DNA of 64,000 nucleotides from positions 320,001-384,000 of the forward strand of contig CAWGMA010000002.1 in NCBI GenBank assembly GCA_963823555.1, given 5' to 3'. This stretch comes from Candidatus Eiseniibacteriota bacterium (GTDB lineage: Bacteria; Eisenbacteria; RBG-16-71-46; CAVPCR01). The notes beneath the pieces are model-generated. The model did no database searches. It saw only the letters and a list, made by a program, of their open reading frames with translations, and was not told where the DNA came from. This document shows positions 41,278 through 51,448 of the stretch, piece after piece; position 1 is the stretch's first letter; each line of letters begins with the position of its first letter. Position numbers and translations under genes: made by a program.

Positions 41278-42072
41278 TCACGACTCGAAGAACGTACGAG
41301 CGAGCTCGTTCCACTGCTCGGGATCGAGCTGCTCGGCGAGCCCAGCGACCGGGAGGCCACCGTCCTGCATCGTGGGTCCGGTCGCGGCGAGCGCGGGCTG
41401 GGTCGCGAGGGCGAGCCGCGTGGCGAGGCCGGTCTCGCCCGAGAGCGCGGCACGGCGCGAGATGGCGTTCAGCGCATCACGCAACCGCTGGATCTCGCGG
41501 TGCATCCAGTTCACCGCCTCGTCATCGATCAGCATGCCGCGGAGCGCCGATCCGAGATTGGCCGGAGTGAGGCGATAGAGCCACCCCGAGCCGAAAGGAT
41601 CGCCTGCCACCGCCGCTGGCTCGTCGAGGAGGGAAACATTGACTTCCTCGATGGTGCCGTCCACCGGAGCCCGCAGTGTCACGCTGCGTCCATGCCGGCG
41701 GAGACGGAGGATCGGGTCGCCACGCTTGACGATAGAACCCGCCGCGGTCAGGTCGACCTTGTCCGGCTGGCCGAGGAGCGTGCCTGGCAGCCAGTCGGCC
41801 CCGACCCGGACCAGACCCTCGGGCTCGACTTTCACCCACGTGTGCCCGATGTCGAGGAAGGCGTCCTTCGGAATTCGATCGATGGGAACGTGTGCAAACA
41901 TCGGTAGTTCCTTCCGCGCTTCGATCTCCCTGGCCATGGCCGCGAGCGCCGTGCTCGCCGAGGCGGCAGCGGTCGCTCGCGCCCGGCTAAGCTGCGAGCG
42001 TTGCACCAGGTAGTCGATCGTGAGGAAGGTGATGATGGTCAGAACGACGAACAGGGCGACCATGTCACTCAC
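41278..42072 (-). CDS. Membrane-anchored GcvH-like protein with no lipoyl Lys
   Basis: N-terminal TM, DIGHTWV..VRVGAD..APVDGTIEEVN..DPFGSGWL; MQDGG. Confidence 0.85.
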   Translation of the reverse strand: MSDMVALFVVLTIITFLTIDYLVQRSQLSRARATAAASASTALAAMAREIEARKELPMFAHVPIDRIPKDAFLDIGHTWVKVEPEGLVRVGADWLPGTLLGQPDKVDLTAAGSIVKRGDPILRLRRHGRSVTLRAPVDGTIEEVNVSLLDEPAAVAGDPFGSGWLYRLTPANLGSALRGMLIDDEAVNWMHREIQRLRDALNAISRRAALSGETGLATRLALATQPALAATGPTMQDGGLPVAGLAEQLDPEQWNELARTFFES

Positions 42073-42770
42073 CTCGTTTCATTAGGGGTACCGCTCGACA
42101 CCTCGGGGAAGAGCTCGCTCTTGAGCGACTGCCACGTCGCCTCGTCGAGCTGGTCCCCGAAGACTTCGGTCCACTCACCGCCGTCGGTGGCCACGAACCC
42201 GAGCATGGGGCTCAGACGGGTCGTGATGCGCGAACGGATGGCATCGAGCCAGTCGCGCGCGCTGGTCGCCGGCATGAGATTCTGGAAGCTTGCGGCCACG
42301 TGATCCGGACGAATGCGCAGCACCCAGCCGCTGGCATACGGCGCGCGCTGCACGAGTTCAGGTTCGGAGAAGAGCCGCCGGTTGACTTCGACCACCTCGC
42401 CATCCACCGGCATCGCCATCGCGAGCTCGCGCCCGCGCGCGGAGATGAGCGCCCACGCCGGGTCACCCTGGCGGAAGCGCATCCCCGGACGGGGCAGGAG
42501 CACCTGAGCGAGCTTGCCGAGGAACCTTGGCGCGAAGGCATCGCTGCCCACTGCCACCAGCTCCTCGCCGGCGCGTCGCGCCCAGGTGTGGCCGGGGTGG
42601 AAGAGGAGATCGGACGCTGGCTCGATCGCCAGGCCGTTCGGTTCCGGCTCCACCCGGGGCACGATCGGGGACTTGAGCAACGTCGGTGCCTCGACCGCCT
42701 GCTTGCGGTGGAGGAGCCAGTCGGCGAGGAGGAACCCCGCCACGGAAACCAGAACCAGGATCGGAACCAT
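42069..42770 (-). CDS. Membrane-anchored GcvH-like protein with no lipoyl Lys
   Basis: N-terminal TM, HPGHTWA..MPVDGEVVEVN..PYASGWV; ATDGG. Confidence 0.85.
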   Translation of the reverse strand: MVPILVLVSVAGFLLADWLLHRKQAVEAPTLLKSPIVPRVEPEPNGLAIEPASDLLFHPGHTWARRAGEELVAVGSDAFAPRFLGKLAQVLLPRPGMRFRQGDPAWALISARGRELAMAMPVDGEVVEVNRRLFSEPELVQRAPYASGWVLRIRPDHVAASFQNLMPATSARDWLDAIRSRITTRLSPMLGFVATDGGEWTEVFGDQLDEATWQSLKSELFPEVSSGTPNETR

Positions 42771-42816
42771 GACCCACCTCGTTTGCTGCGGAGACCATCG
42801 GCCACCAGGAGGCAAT

Positions 42817-42833
42817 CGCATGAAGCGGGCCGG
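42817..42833 (-). promoter_or_regulatory. Candidate sigma54 (-24/-12) promoter
   Basis: Minus strand reads CCGGCCCGCTTCATGCG, which is GG-N10-GC; about 47 bp upstream of ATG 42770. Confidence 0.5.
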
Positions 42834-42919
42834 AACCCCGAGGGCGTGCCGCGATTCGCGGCAGGAGGGCGGAAGCCATTGTCGTTATGAGGACTTATGC
42901 GGGACGAGGAAGGGTTGGC

Positions 42920-43072
42920 TGTCGAGGAAGACGGCAGTCGAGGCGGCGACGATTGTCGAATGTTTCGGCAGTCGCGCCCGCGAGAGAGCGGCCCGGAAGG
43001 CCTAAGCGAAAGGCTCGCAACAGGTAAAGTCTGCTGTTGAATTCCTCGACTGCCGTTTCGAAGAATTCAACA
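42920..43072. promoter_or_regulatory. Repeated palindromic boxes, candidate enhancer-binding-protein sites
   Basis: TGTCG-N7-CGGCA at 42920-42936 and 42954-42970; TGTTG-N7-CGACT at 43035-43051; TTTCG-N7-CAACA at 43056-43072. Confidence 0.55.
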
Positions 43073-43095
43073 ACTGCCGGTCCTCGCGCGAACCA

Positions 43096-44886
43096 TCAAT
43101 CCGGAAGCAGCACCAGCTTCCGCGCGATCTCGGCCGTGCCCGTGCGCAGGCGCACGAAGTAGATCCCGGCGGGTGCCCTTCCACCCGCGGCGTCACTGCG
43201 ATCCCAGGGCACTGTGTACTCACCTGCGGTGCGAGATCCGGAAGCGAGCGTGCGCACATGCCGGCCGGCGACGTCGAAGAGGGCGAGCGCAATCGTCGTC
43301 TCGCCACCGACCCGGTATCGGATCATGACCGGCTCGGCCCCCGAGATGACCGCGGGCAGCTCGAGCGCGGACTGGACGCCGCCGGGCGATCCATCGTTAC
43401 CGGTGCCGGTCGGCGCCTGGCCCTCGATGCGGAAGTTGCGCATCATGCCCCGGTCCTCGTGCTCGAGATTGTGGCAGTGGTAGAGGAAGAGGCCGGGATG
43501 CGGCCAGAAGCGCATGAGCACCTTGGCGCGCTCGCCCGGCATCAGGATCAGGGTGTCCTTCCATCCCGAGTCGACGAAGCCGTTGCTCACCGTGGCATAG
43601 TTCCCCGCACCCGAGGCGGTGATCGTGCGCTCGTAGATCTGGAACTGGACGGCATGCACGTGCAACGGATGGAGCATCTGCATCATCGGCATGCCGGACG
43701 TGTTCTGGAACTCCCACACCTCGAGATCCCCGAGGTTCACGATCTCGTTCGGGGTGATCCCGTTCATCTCGAAGGTGAGGCCGTTCAGGAGCCACTGGCC
43801 CATGGCGAAGGAGATGGCGAAGGTGCGCGGGCTCGCCGCATTGACCGCATCCTCGAGCCGGTAGCGGGTGATCGGCGTGAGCGTGGCCGGCAGGGTCAGG
43901 GTCTCGGGTTGGCTCCGATCGATCGTGATCCGCATCACGTTGAAGGCGGCGCCATCGGGCAGGGAGCCGCCACCCATGCCGCCCGGGGAGAAGGCGAGGC
44001 TCTGGAGGACGAGCTCGGAGCCGACGGGTCGCTGCGAGAGGTCCGCCCACACCTCGACGCGCTCACCGGGGCCGAGCATGGCGTAGGGCCGCTCGGCCGG
44101 AGCGGGCAACAGCCCGCCGTCCGTGCCGATCACGACCATCGGCGAGCCGTCGCCCCAGGCCAGCTTGTAGGTGCGGGAATTGGATCCGTTCAGGAAGCGA
44201 AAGCGGTAGACGCGGGTGGCGGCCGAGAACGCGGCATCGGGCCGGCCGTTGACGAGGATGCGGTCGCCGAGGAAGCCGCCCATCATGTTGCCCGTGTCGT
44301 AGAGGAGCTGGTTTCCGGTATCGAAGCGGCGATCTTGAATCACGAACGGGACGTCGAACTCGCCGCGCGGAAGCGCGAGCACGGCCTCCTCCGGGTCGGA
44401 GACGATGAGGAGACCGGCCAGACCCTGGTATACCTGCGGGCCCGTGCGCAGATCGGGATGGGGATGGTACCAGTAGGTTCCGGCCCGGTTGATCACGGTG
44501 AACTCGTAATCGTAATCGGCGCCGCTGGGCACCGCGTCGCGCGGGTGGCCGTCCGCGGCCTCCGGCACGATGAGCCCGTGCCAGTGGATGATGGACGGCT
44601 CTCCGCTCTCGTTCCGGAAGCGGATCCGCACGTGATCGCCGCGCGTGAGGCGGATCGTGGGTCCGAGATAGGAACCGGGAATCGGTTCGAGCACCGAGGG
44701 CGGTCCCGAGAGGACCGTTCCCGTATACTGGAGAACCCCGGTTGCCTGTCCCGGAAGCACGGGCACCTGGCCCGGCGCGGCGGTGAGCTCGATCTCCGCC
44801 GTGAGGGGTTGCGCCCGCGCTCCCGAGGAGAAGAAGAGCGTGATGCCAAGGGCGATGAGAAGCGCGCACACCGGGTTCCGGGACAT
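43096..44886 (-). CDS. Multicopper oxidase (CueO/bilirubin oxidase-like) + FlgD-Ig domain
   Basis: HWHG, WYHPH, HPLHVH and HCHNLEHEDRGMM motifs; FDVAGRHVRTL..WDRSD..GIYFVRL tail. Confidence 0.93.
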   Translation of the reverse strand: MSRNPVCALLIALGITLFFSSGARAQPLTAEIELTAAPGQVPVLPGQATGVLQYTGTVLSGPPSVLEPIPGSYLGPTIRLTRGDHVRIRFRNESGEPSIIHWHGLIVPEAADGHPRDAVPSGADYDYEFTVINRAGTYWYHPHPDLRTGPQVYQGLAGLLIVSDPEEAVLALPRGEFDVPFVIQDRRFDTGNQLLYDTGNMMGGFLGDRILVNGRPDAAFSAATRVYRFRFLNGSNSRTYKLAWGDGSPMVVIGTDGGLLPAPAERPYAMLGPGERVEVWADLSQRPVGSELVLQSLAFSPGGMGGGSLPDGAAFNVMRITIDRSQPETLTLPATLTPITRYRLEDAVNAASPRTFAISFAMGQWLLNGLTFEMNGITPNEIVNLGDLEVWEFQNTSGMPMMQMLHPLHVHAVQFQIYERTITASGAGNYATVSNGFVDSGWKDTLILMPGERAKVLMRFWPHPGLFLYHCHNLEHEDRGMMRNFRIEGQAPTGTGNDGSPGGVQSALELPAVISGAEPVMIRYRVGGETTIALALFDVAGRHVRTLASGSRTAGEYTVPWDRSDAAGGRAPAGIYFVRLRTGTAEIARKLVLLPD

Positions 44887-45035
44887 GGGGTTCCTCACAG
44901 TCGGGGGGCCTGGGTCACAAGCGAGCACCGATCAGATTAGAGCAATCGCCATCCCGGAACAACCGGCAGCGAGGCCAGGCAAGCCAGGTGCCGGCCTGCA
45001 GGGTCCCGGACCGTCCCAGTAGGAGAGAACGACAC

Positions 45036-46277
45036 GTGCTCACCGAGCTCTCGGCTCGCGGCCGCTACGTCCTCCGCGCTGCGCGCGGCATCGATGTTCT
45101 GAAGGAGGAGGTCATCCGCGACGCCACCGTGGTGGTCGAAGGGGACATGATTCGCGAGTTCGGGGGCGGGCTCGCCACGCCCGCCGGGGCCACCGTCATC
45201 GACCTCGGCGATGCGACGCTGCTTCCGGGTCTCCATGACAACCACTGTCACCTGATGATCGAGCCGCGCGATCTGACCGCCCTGGTTTACAAGCGTTCCT
45301 CGGCGCACAAGACGCTCGATGGGCTCCTGAACGCCCAGAAGACCCTCCTCGCCGGCTTCACCACGGTGCGGGATCCCGGCGACTGCGACTGGCAGTACGG
45401 ACTCGTCGATCTCCGGAACTTCATCAACCAGGGGCACGCCGCCGGCCCCCGCATCCTCGTGGCGCCGCATTTCCTCTCCATCACGGGCGGCCATGGTGAC
45501 GCCAACGATTTCGCCTGCGATCTCTGCATGCGGGGGGTGGGGAAGATCGTGGACGGGGTCGAGGCGATGCGCCAGGCGGTGCGCGAGGAGATCAAGTTCG
45601 GGGCGGACTGGATCAAGCTCTTCGCCTCGGGTGGGGTCGTGAGCATGGGGGACAACCCCGAGCACTCGCACTACAGCCGCGAGGAGATCCGGATCGCGGC
45701 CGAGGAGGCGCACCGCCTCGGCAAGAAGATCACCGCGCATGCCCACGGCGCCGATGCGATCCGCATGTGCGCCGAAGCCGGGTTCGACTCGGTCGAGCAC
45801 TGCACGCTCATCGACGACGACGGGCTCCGGCTCATGAAGGAGCGCGGCGTCTACTGTGTGCCCACGCTCTACGTGCTCGACTTCGTCATGCGTCCGGAGA
45901 ACCCGATGAATCTGGATGCTTCGATCATCGCCAAGGCGCGCGCGATCGGCGCCCGCCAGCGGGAGCGGTTCGCCCGCATCGCCGCCACCGGCGTGCCGGT
46001 CGCCTACGGCACCGACATCGGGATCTTCCCCCACGGCGAGAACTGGCGCGACTTCCCTTGCATGGTCGAGTGCGGCATGACGCCGATGGCGGCCATTGGC
46101 GCGGCGACGATCGCTTCGGCGCGCATGAACGGGATCGCCGATCGCGTGGGCGCGCTCGCCCCGGGTCTCGCGGCGGACGTGATCGCGGTCGCCGGGGATC
46201 CGCTCACCGATGTCACGCGGCTTGGAGAGGTGCGCTTCGTGATGAAGGGCGGGGCCATCTACCGGCGGGAGAGGTAG
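45036..46277 (+). CDS. Amidohydrolase (Xaa-Pro dipeptidase-like)
   Basis: PGLHDNHCH, AGFTTVRD, GGHGD, AHAHG, SVEHC and GTD motifs; GTG start after AGGAG. Confidence 0.9.
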   Translation: MLTELSARGRYVLRAARGIDVLKEEVIRDATVVVEGDMIREFGGGLATPAGATVIDLGDATLLPGLHDNHCHLMIEPRDLTALVYKRSSAHKTLDGLLNAQKTLLAGFTTVRDPGDCDWQYGLVDLRNFINQGHAAGPRILVAPHFLSITGGHGDANDFACDLCMRGVGKIVDGVEAMRQAVREEIKFGADWIKLFASGGVVSMGDNPEHSHYSREEIRIAAEEAHRLGKKITAHAHGADAIRMCAEAGFDSVEHCTLIDDDGLRLMKERGVYCVPTLYVLDFVMRPENPMNLDASIIAKARAIGARQRERFARIAATGVPVAYGTDIGIFPHGENWRDFPCMVECGMTPMAAIGAATIASARMNGIADRVGALAPGLAADVIAVAGDPLTDVTRLGEVRFVMKGGAIYRRER

Positions 46278-46368
46278 GGATAGCCTCCTCCGGGCCCCAC
46301 GTCTTGAGCAGGCAGGTCCGTTGGGTCCCGAGGTCTCGGACGTACCAGAGTGGCCCCCCCGATGCCAA

Positions 46369-46410
46369 GCCCGTCGACGGATGTTTCCGCGGAAACATCC
46401 GTCGACGGGC
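46369..46410. repeat. Perfect 42-bp palindrome with a parS-like core
   Basis: GCCCGTCGACGGATGTTTCCG|CGGAAACATCCGTCGACGGGC, with no loop. Confidence 0.9.
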
Positions 46411-46468
46411 GCTGACATGGACGAGTACGCCACAGCGACCGTCGACTGAGTTCACGCGCTCGGACCAC

Positions 46469-49400
46469 CTATCGCACGAGCGTCATGGTCCGGACCTGCA
46501 TGAAGTCCCGGGTCTCGAGGCGGAGGTAGTAGATGCCCGAGGCGACCGCGTCGCCGGCGTCGTTCTTTCCATCCCAGACGAGCGAGTGCTCGCCGGCCTC
46601 GACGACGCCATCGACGAGCGAGCGCACCACCCGCCCCGACACGCTGTAGATGCGCAACGAGGCCGGCCCGCTCTCGGACACGCGATAGCTGAGCGTGGTT
46701 CGCGGGTTGAACGGGTTCGGGTGGCATGGATCGAGCCCGTTCTGGCGCAGGACCTCGGGCGAGGCCACGGCCAGCGGGACCCGGATCCCGGTCAGCACGA
46801 AGTCGTCGACCGCCGCCTCGACCAGCGAGCCGGAACCGTCATCGGAGGCCACGAAGCGGAACTGCATCGTGCTCGTGATCGGAACGGCCGCGTCGAGCAG
46901 GAAGCTCCGCTCGACCCAGGCGTTGGTGCTCGCCGTCGTGTTCTCGAGCGGCACCCAGGTCGAGCCGTCGCTCGTGACCTCGACCACCCAGGAATCCTGC
47001 CCGGGCGAGTTGCCGCGATCGTTCGTGTACCACACCCAGTAGCGGACCGAGGCCGTCGTGTAGCCGTCGAGGTCGAAGACCGGCGAGAGGAGCGTGGTCT
47101 TGCCGCCGTCGACGTCGTTGACGCCGGCCGCGCCGCCGGGGGTGTCGTTCCCGGTGACGAAGCAGACGACGCCGGGATCGGGCGTGTGGTCGTCCTCGGG
47201 CTGCACATTGAAGCCGTTGTAAACCGTCCCCACCGGATCCTCACGCACCCAGATCCCGGTCGTCGCGTCGTCGCCGGGTGCGCCCACGGTCCAGCCGCCG
47301 GCCGCCTCGAAGTCATCCTCGGCCGCCGCCACCATCGGCGCCACCCAGAACGAGAAGGTCACCCCCGGTGCCCCCGGCGGATCGAGCGTCGTGTTCCCGA
47401 GCCCGTCGCGCGCCAGCACATAGTAGGAGACGAGCGTCGTCTGGGGCTGGCCGGGGATCTCGGCCAGGTAGTCGTCGCCACCCGCGGGCGTGAGCGGGAG
47501 CGCGGTGAACGGTCCGCTGTTCACCGCGTAGTAGAGGGACTTCTCGGCCAGACCCGAGTACTCGACGATGCGTACCGGAATCGGGTAGGGCCCGGCCTCG
47601 TCGCCGGTGTGCGGATGCTGGGTCGTCGTGATCTCCGGACCGGCGATGTCGACGAGGCTGAAATCGACGACCGCCTCCTCGCCCTCGGCGATGATGACGC
47701 TCGACGTCGTGTCCGGCCGGAAGCCCGAGAGGCTCGCCACCACGTCGTAGGTTCCCGGCGAGACGAAGCCCAGATAGGAACCATCGGTGCCGGTCAGGAA
47801 GACGCGACCGCTCCCGAGCACCGTCACCTCGGCGTTGGGTAGCGGTGCCGAGTTGAACGAGTTCCGGACCGTGCCGCGGATCGTGCCCATGCTGCTCTCG
47901 AGGAGCGGCAGGAAGCGGATGGCGCGCCCGCCGGTGACCGTCGCCGCACCCAGCGGGTAGCGGTTGAAGTAGGTGATGAGAAGGCCGTCGGTGTGGGTCG
48001 GATCCTCGATCCCGACCGTGGCGTAGCCGTCGGTGGCGTCGCTGTTGGAGACCGTCTCGTACTGCAACTCGATGATGCCGTCGCCGGTGTCGGTGGGATG
48101 GTAGGCCGGGTCGTAGAAGATGACCTGGAAGGTCTCGGTGGCGTTGCCGACCAGGTTCCGGATGCGGCTCCACTCGACGATCCAGCGGTGATTGGCGGCG
48201 TCGTACTTCTGGAAGCACCGCGAGGTACCGGAGGACTGGTAGAGCTCGTCCCAGAAGACGGCGACCATGGCCGCGGGTCCGCCGGCGCCCGGAATGGTCC
48301 AGTTGCGGTAGCTCGTGAGATAGGTCTCGCCCATCGCGACCCAGCCGTTCGAGCAGACGGTCGCCCGCGTGTACGTCTCCCCGTAGTAGTGGAAGGGGAA
48401 GGGCAGATCGATGATCCGGGACTTGTCCTGGGTGTCGCCGAAGTCGCCGAGGGTGATCTCCGTCGCTCCACTGCCGCCGTAGGCCGGGTCGATCTCGACC
48501 CAGTCGTAGGTCGGCGCCTCGGGGTAGATGGTGTCGGTGTTGTCGAAGGCGTAGTAGCCGTAGCGGTCGGGACCGACCGGGTCGGTGGTCGCGCGCTGCC
48601 CGACGGTGAGGGCGACCGCGGTCGTATCGGTCACGCCGCCAGAGAACTCGGTCACGAGCAGGAAGTTGGCGAGGAACCCGCCGTAGGCGCTGGAGGCCGC
48701 GGTGATCGTGAAGCGATCGCCGGCGTTGTTCCCGCTGCCGCCGGCCGCGATGGTGCCGAACGTACCGTCCGGATCACCGACCGAGACGAAGTGAGCTGAG
48801 CGAGATCAGCGTGGCGGAGACCGCCGCCGCCGTCACCGTGCCGTTGTTGTCGAGAACGAGACTCATCTCGACCGTCTCGCCCGGATCGAGGCGCCCGTTC
48901 CCCGCGTTGTAGAGCGTGATCGCTCCGGCGATGAGATCGGCTGAGGCGACCGGAATCTCGATCGAGCGAGTGCCACTGGCCCTCAGCCGTCGTCACATCG
49001 AGCCCGAAGCGGAGCGAGCGGCCATGCGGGCACTCGAGGGCCACCTGGAAGTCGAAGTCGTCGACCGTCGCCGCGATGCCGCCAGGGGCTACATTGGGGA
49101 AGGTCTCGTTGCCGTCGATGATCGTGACGTAGGGATCGGCTGATGTGAGGACGGCGCTGACTCCGGTCGCCGCGGTCGTGCCGGAGTTGCGCAGCTGGAC
49201 CCGGAGCTCGATCGTCTCGCCCGGGTTCACGATGCCGTCGTTCGATCCGCTCGCGTCGTCGATGGTGGACGAGAGATAGCCGACATGGACGTTCGGGGTC
49301 CCGACGGGGATCGTCGCCAGGTAGGGCTGCGCGTCGTGCTTGGTCACGGTCAGGAGCATGTTGCCCGCCGTCGCCGCGTCGATCGGGAGCTCGACCTGGC

Positions 49401-51263
49401 CCGCAGCGTCGGTGGAGCCGACCACGTAGGTCTCCGCGCCCTTCGACAGGCAGACCAGCGCTCCGGCGACCGGCGACTCGTCCTGCGTGACGGTCACGGT
49501 GACGGCATTGGCGCCGACCGCGATCGTGGCCGGGTGGGTCACCGCCAGCGGCTCGGGGAAGGCGGTCCACACGTCGACCGCCGGATCGCCCATCAGATTG
49601 TTCCAGTAGGCGTCAGATCTCCGCCCAGTTGGGTTGCGCCTCGTAGTAGTTGAGGTAGATCTCCAGCTTGCCGCGGGTGAGCGCCGCGCCCATGGTGTCG
49701 AGACGCTCCTCGAGGAGCCCATGCATCGTCCCGTAGAAGAGGCAGTTGTTGTAGCGGGTGTGGGTGCCGATGGTGGCGGTGCCGATGGCGCCGATGGCGC
49801 CCTTGGGCTGATCGACCCCGACCCCGGCGCGGAGGAAGCCCTCGGAGCGCGCCGTCTCGCCGGCGAAGGAGCCGGTGCCGCAGGTCATGATCACGGCGAA
49901 CGGCATCTTCCAGCCGTTGGTGAGCGAGTAGGTGTTGCCGTTCGACCAGCCGCTCATGTTGAGCCAGCCGCGGTAGCCGATGATGGTGTCGCCGCGGTTG
50001 AAGGCGGTGGTCATCTGACTCACGAAGGGCGAGGTGAAGACGGTGTCGACCTCGGTGTAGCCGATATCGATGAGGCGCGTCTTGACCCACTGCATGCACT
50101 CGATGGTGCTCTGCCCGGAGTCGCCGGGTCACCGACCAGGCAGGCGCGGGTGAACCAGGTCGGGTCCTGGATATAGGGCTGGCTCTCGTAGTCGACGATC
50201 TTGTTGACGATGAGTAGGAGCTCGTTGAGCGAGCTGAAGGAGAGCCGGCCGATGTGGACATCGGCGAGGATGTCGTCGCCCTCGAGCGTCGTGTAGGGGT
50301 GATCGCCCTCGCCGTTGTAGCCGCTCAGGCTCTCGTACCAGGTCGGGATCGAGTAGGGGGCCGGGCGTCTCCGACGAGCACGATGTACTCGGGCGGCACC
50401 GGCCAGTTGTCGTAGGCGTTCTGGATGTAGCTCTTGATCTGGGTGTTGCTGGTTCCGGTCTGGGACGTGGTGGCCACGACAACGGGGTTACCCTTGCGCT
50501 GCCGCCAGGCGACCAGGTGCGAGAGGCGATTGGTGACCGCGGTGTCGCTGGGGCAGATCGCGAGCCAGGTGCCGGGAGCGACCGTGGCGCCGAGCGCCTG
50601 GGCGCCCGGGTAGTTGACGATGAGACTCCGGTAGAGCCGATCGAAGCTCGGGGGGATCGTCGAGTGGCGGCTGGTGAGTGCGGTCCCGCCGCCAAGAAAC
50701 TCGACGGTGACTTCCATCTCTCTCGCGATCTCGATCGTCTCCGCTTCCGGGTCATAGCGGACGGGGAGGAAGGTCAAGGCGACCACACGCACGTCGCGCA
50801 GGATCATCGGCTCGCCGACGATCACGTCGGCTGCGGGTGCGCCGGCTCGGGCGTAGTTCTCCGCGTCGATCGCAACGTCCTTGTCCTCGTCCTCGGTGAT
50901 CGGCGCCAGACGCATATCCGTCATGGTCTCGCGCGCGAGGAGGGTGGCGTGCGCCGTGACCTCCACGCCCTCGGGCACCTGGATGAGCCGCGTGAAGCTG
51001 GGGACCGCGGGTTCCCCGACCGCGCCCTGGAATCCGCCTCCCGGGATGGTCGCCGTCTTGAACGCGCGGCCGCTGATGGCCATGTCGCCGATCTCGAGGT
51101 CGGGAAGCGTGAACCGGAGGCTCATGCTGCGGGGTCCCTGATCCTCCACCGCGACGACGGGGGGCAGGGCCTCCGGCCGGAGGGTGGAGGCCTCGATGGC
51201 AGGGACGGTCGAGAGGATGGCGAGTAGGCTCAGCAAGAGCCCGATAGAGGCGTGGCCGCGCAT
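46469..51263 (-). CDS. C25 (gingipain-like) peptidase-family multidomain protein + FlgD-Ig domain; about 6-7 frameshifts at 48650-50370
   Basis: Propeptide (GEPAVPSF), WRQRKG..YIVLVGD, IGYRGW..MTCGTGSF..KGAIGAIG, NNLMGDPAVDVWT, Ig-like and carboxypeptidase-regulatory-like domains, PNPFNP..WDGKND tail. Confidence 0.8.
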
Positions 51264-51448
51264 GGCTCCTCCAGATGGGTCGGCGCTAGGCTAGAAGCGG
51301 CTCGATGTTCGGGCGCGGCCAGTCTTCAATTATCTCTCAATTCGGCCGCTCGTGGGCCCTCAATCTGCCCCGAAATGCGGGGGCCGAGGTGCTGTCGGAG
51401 AGGTGGCGACGGCCCAAGATCCGGTCGGCCCGGCCCGCAGCGACGGGC

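Noticed and set aside
37942..42770. Glycine cleavage system
   Set aside because: No lipoyl lysine in any copy and no gcvP/T/L nearby.
48650..50370. Split C25 peptidase read as several genes or a phase-variable locus
   Set aside because: The fragments join into one continuous gingipain-like protein, the shifts are clustered, and no simple-sequence repeat tracts are present.
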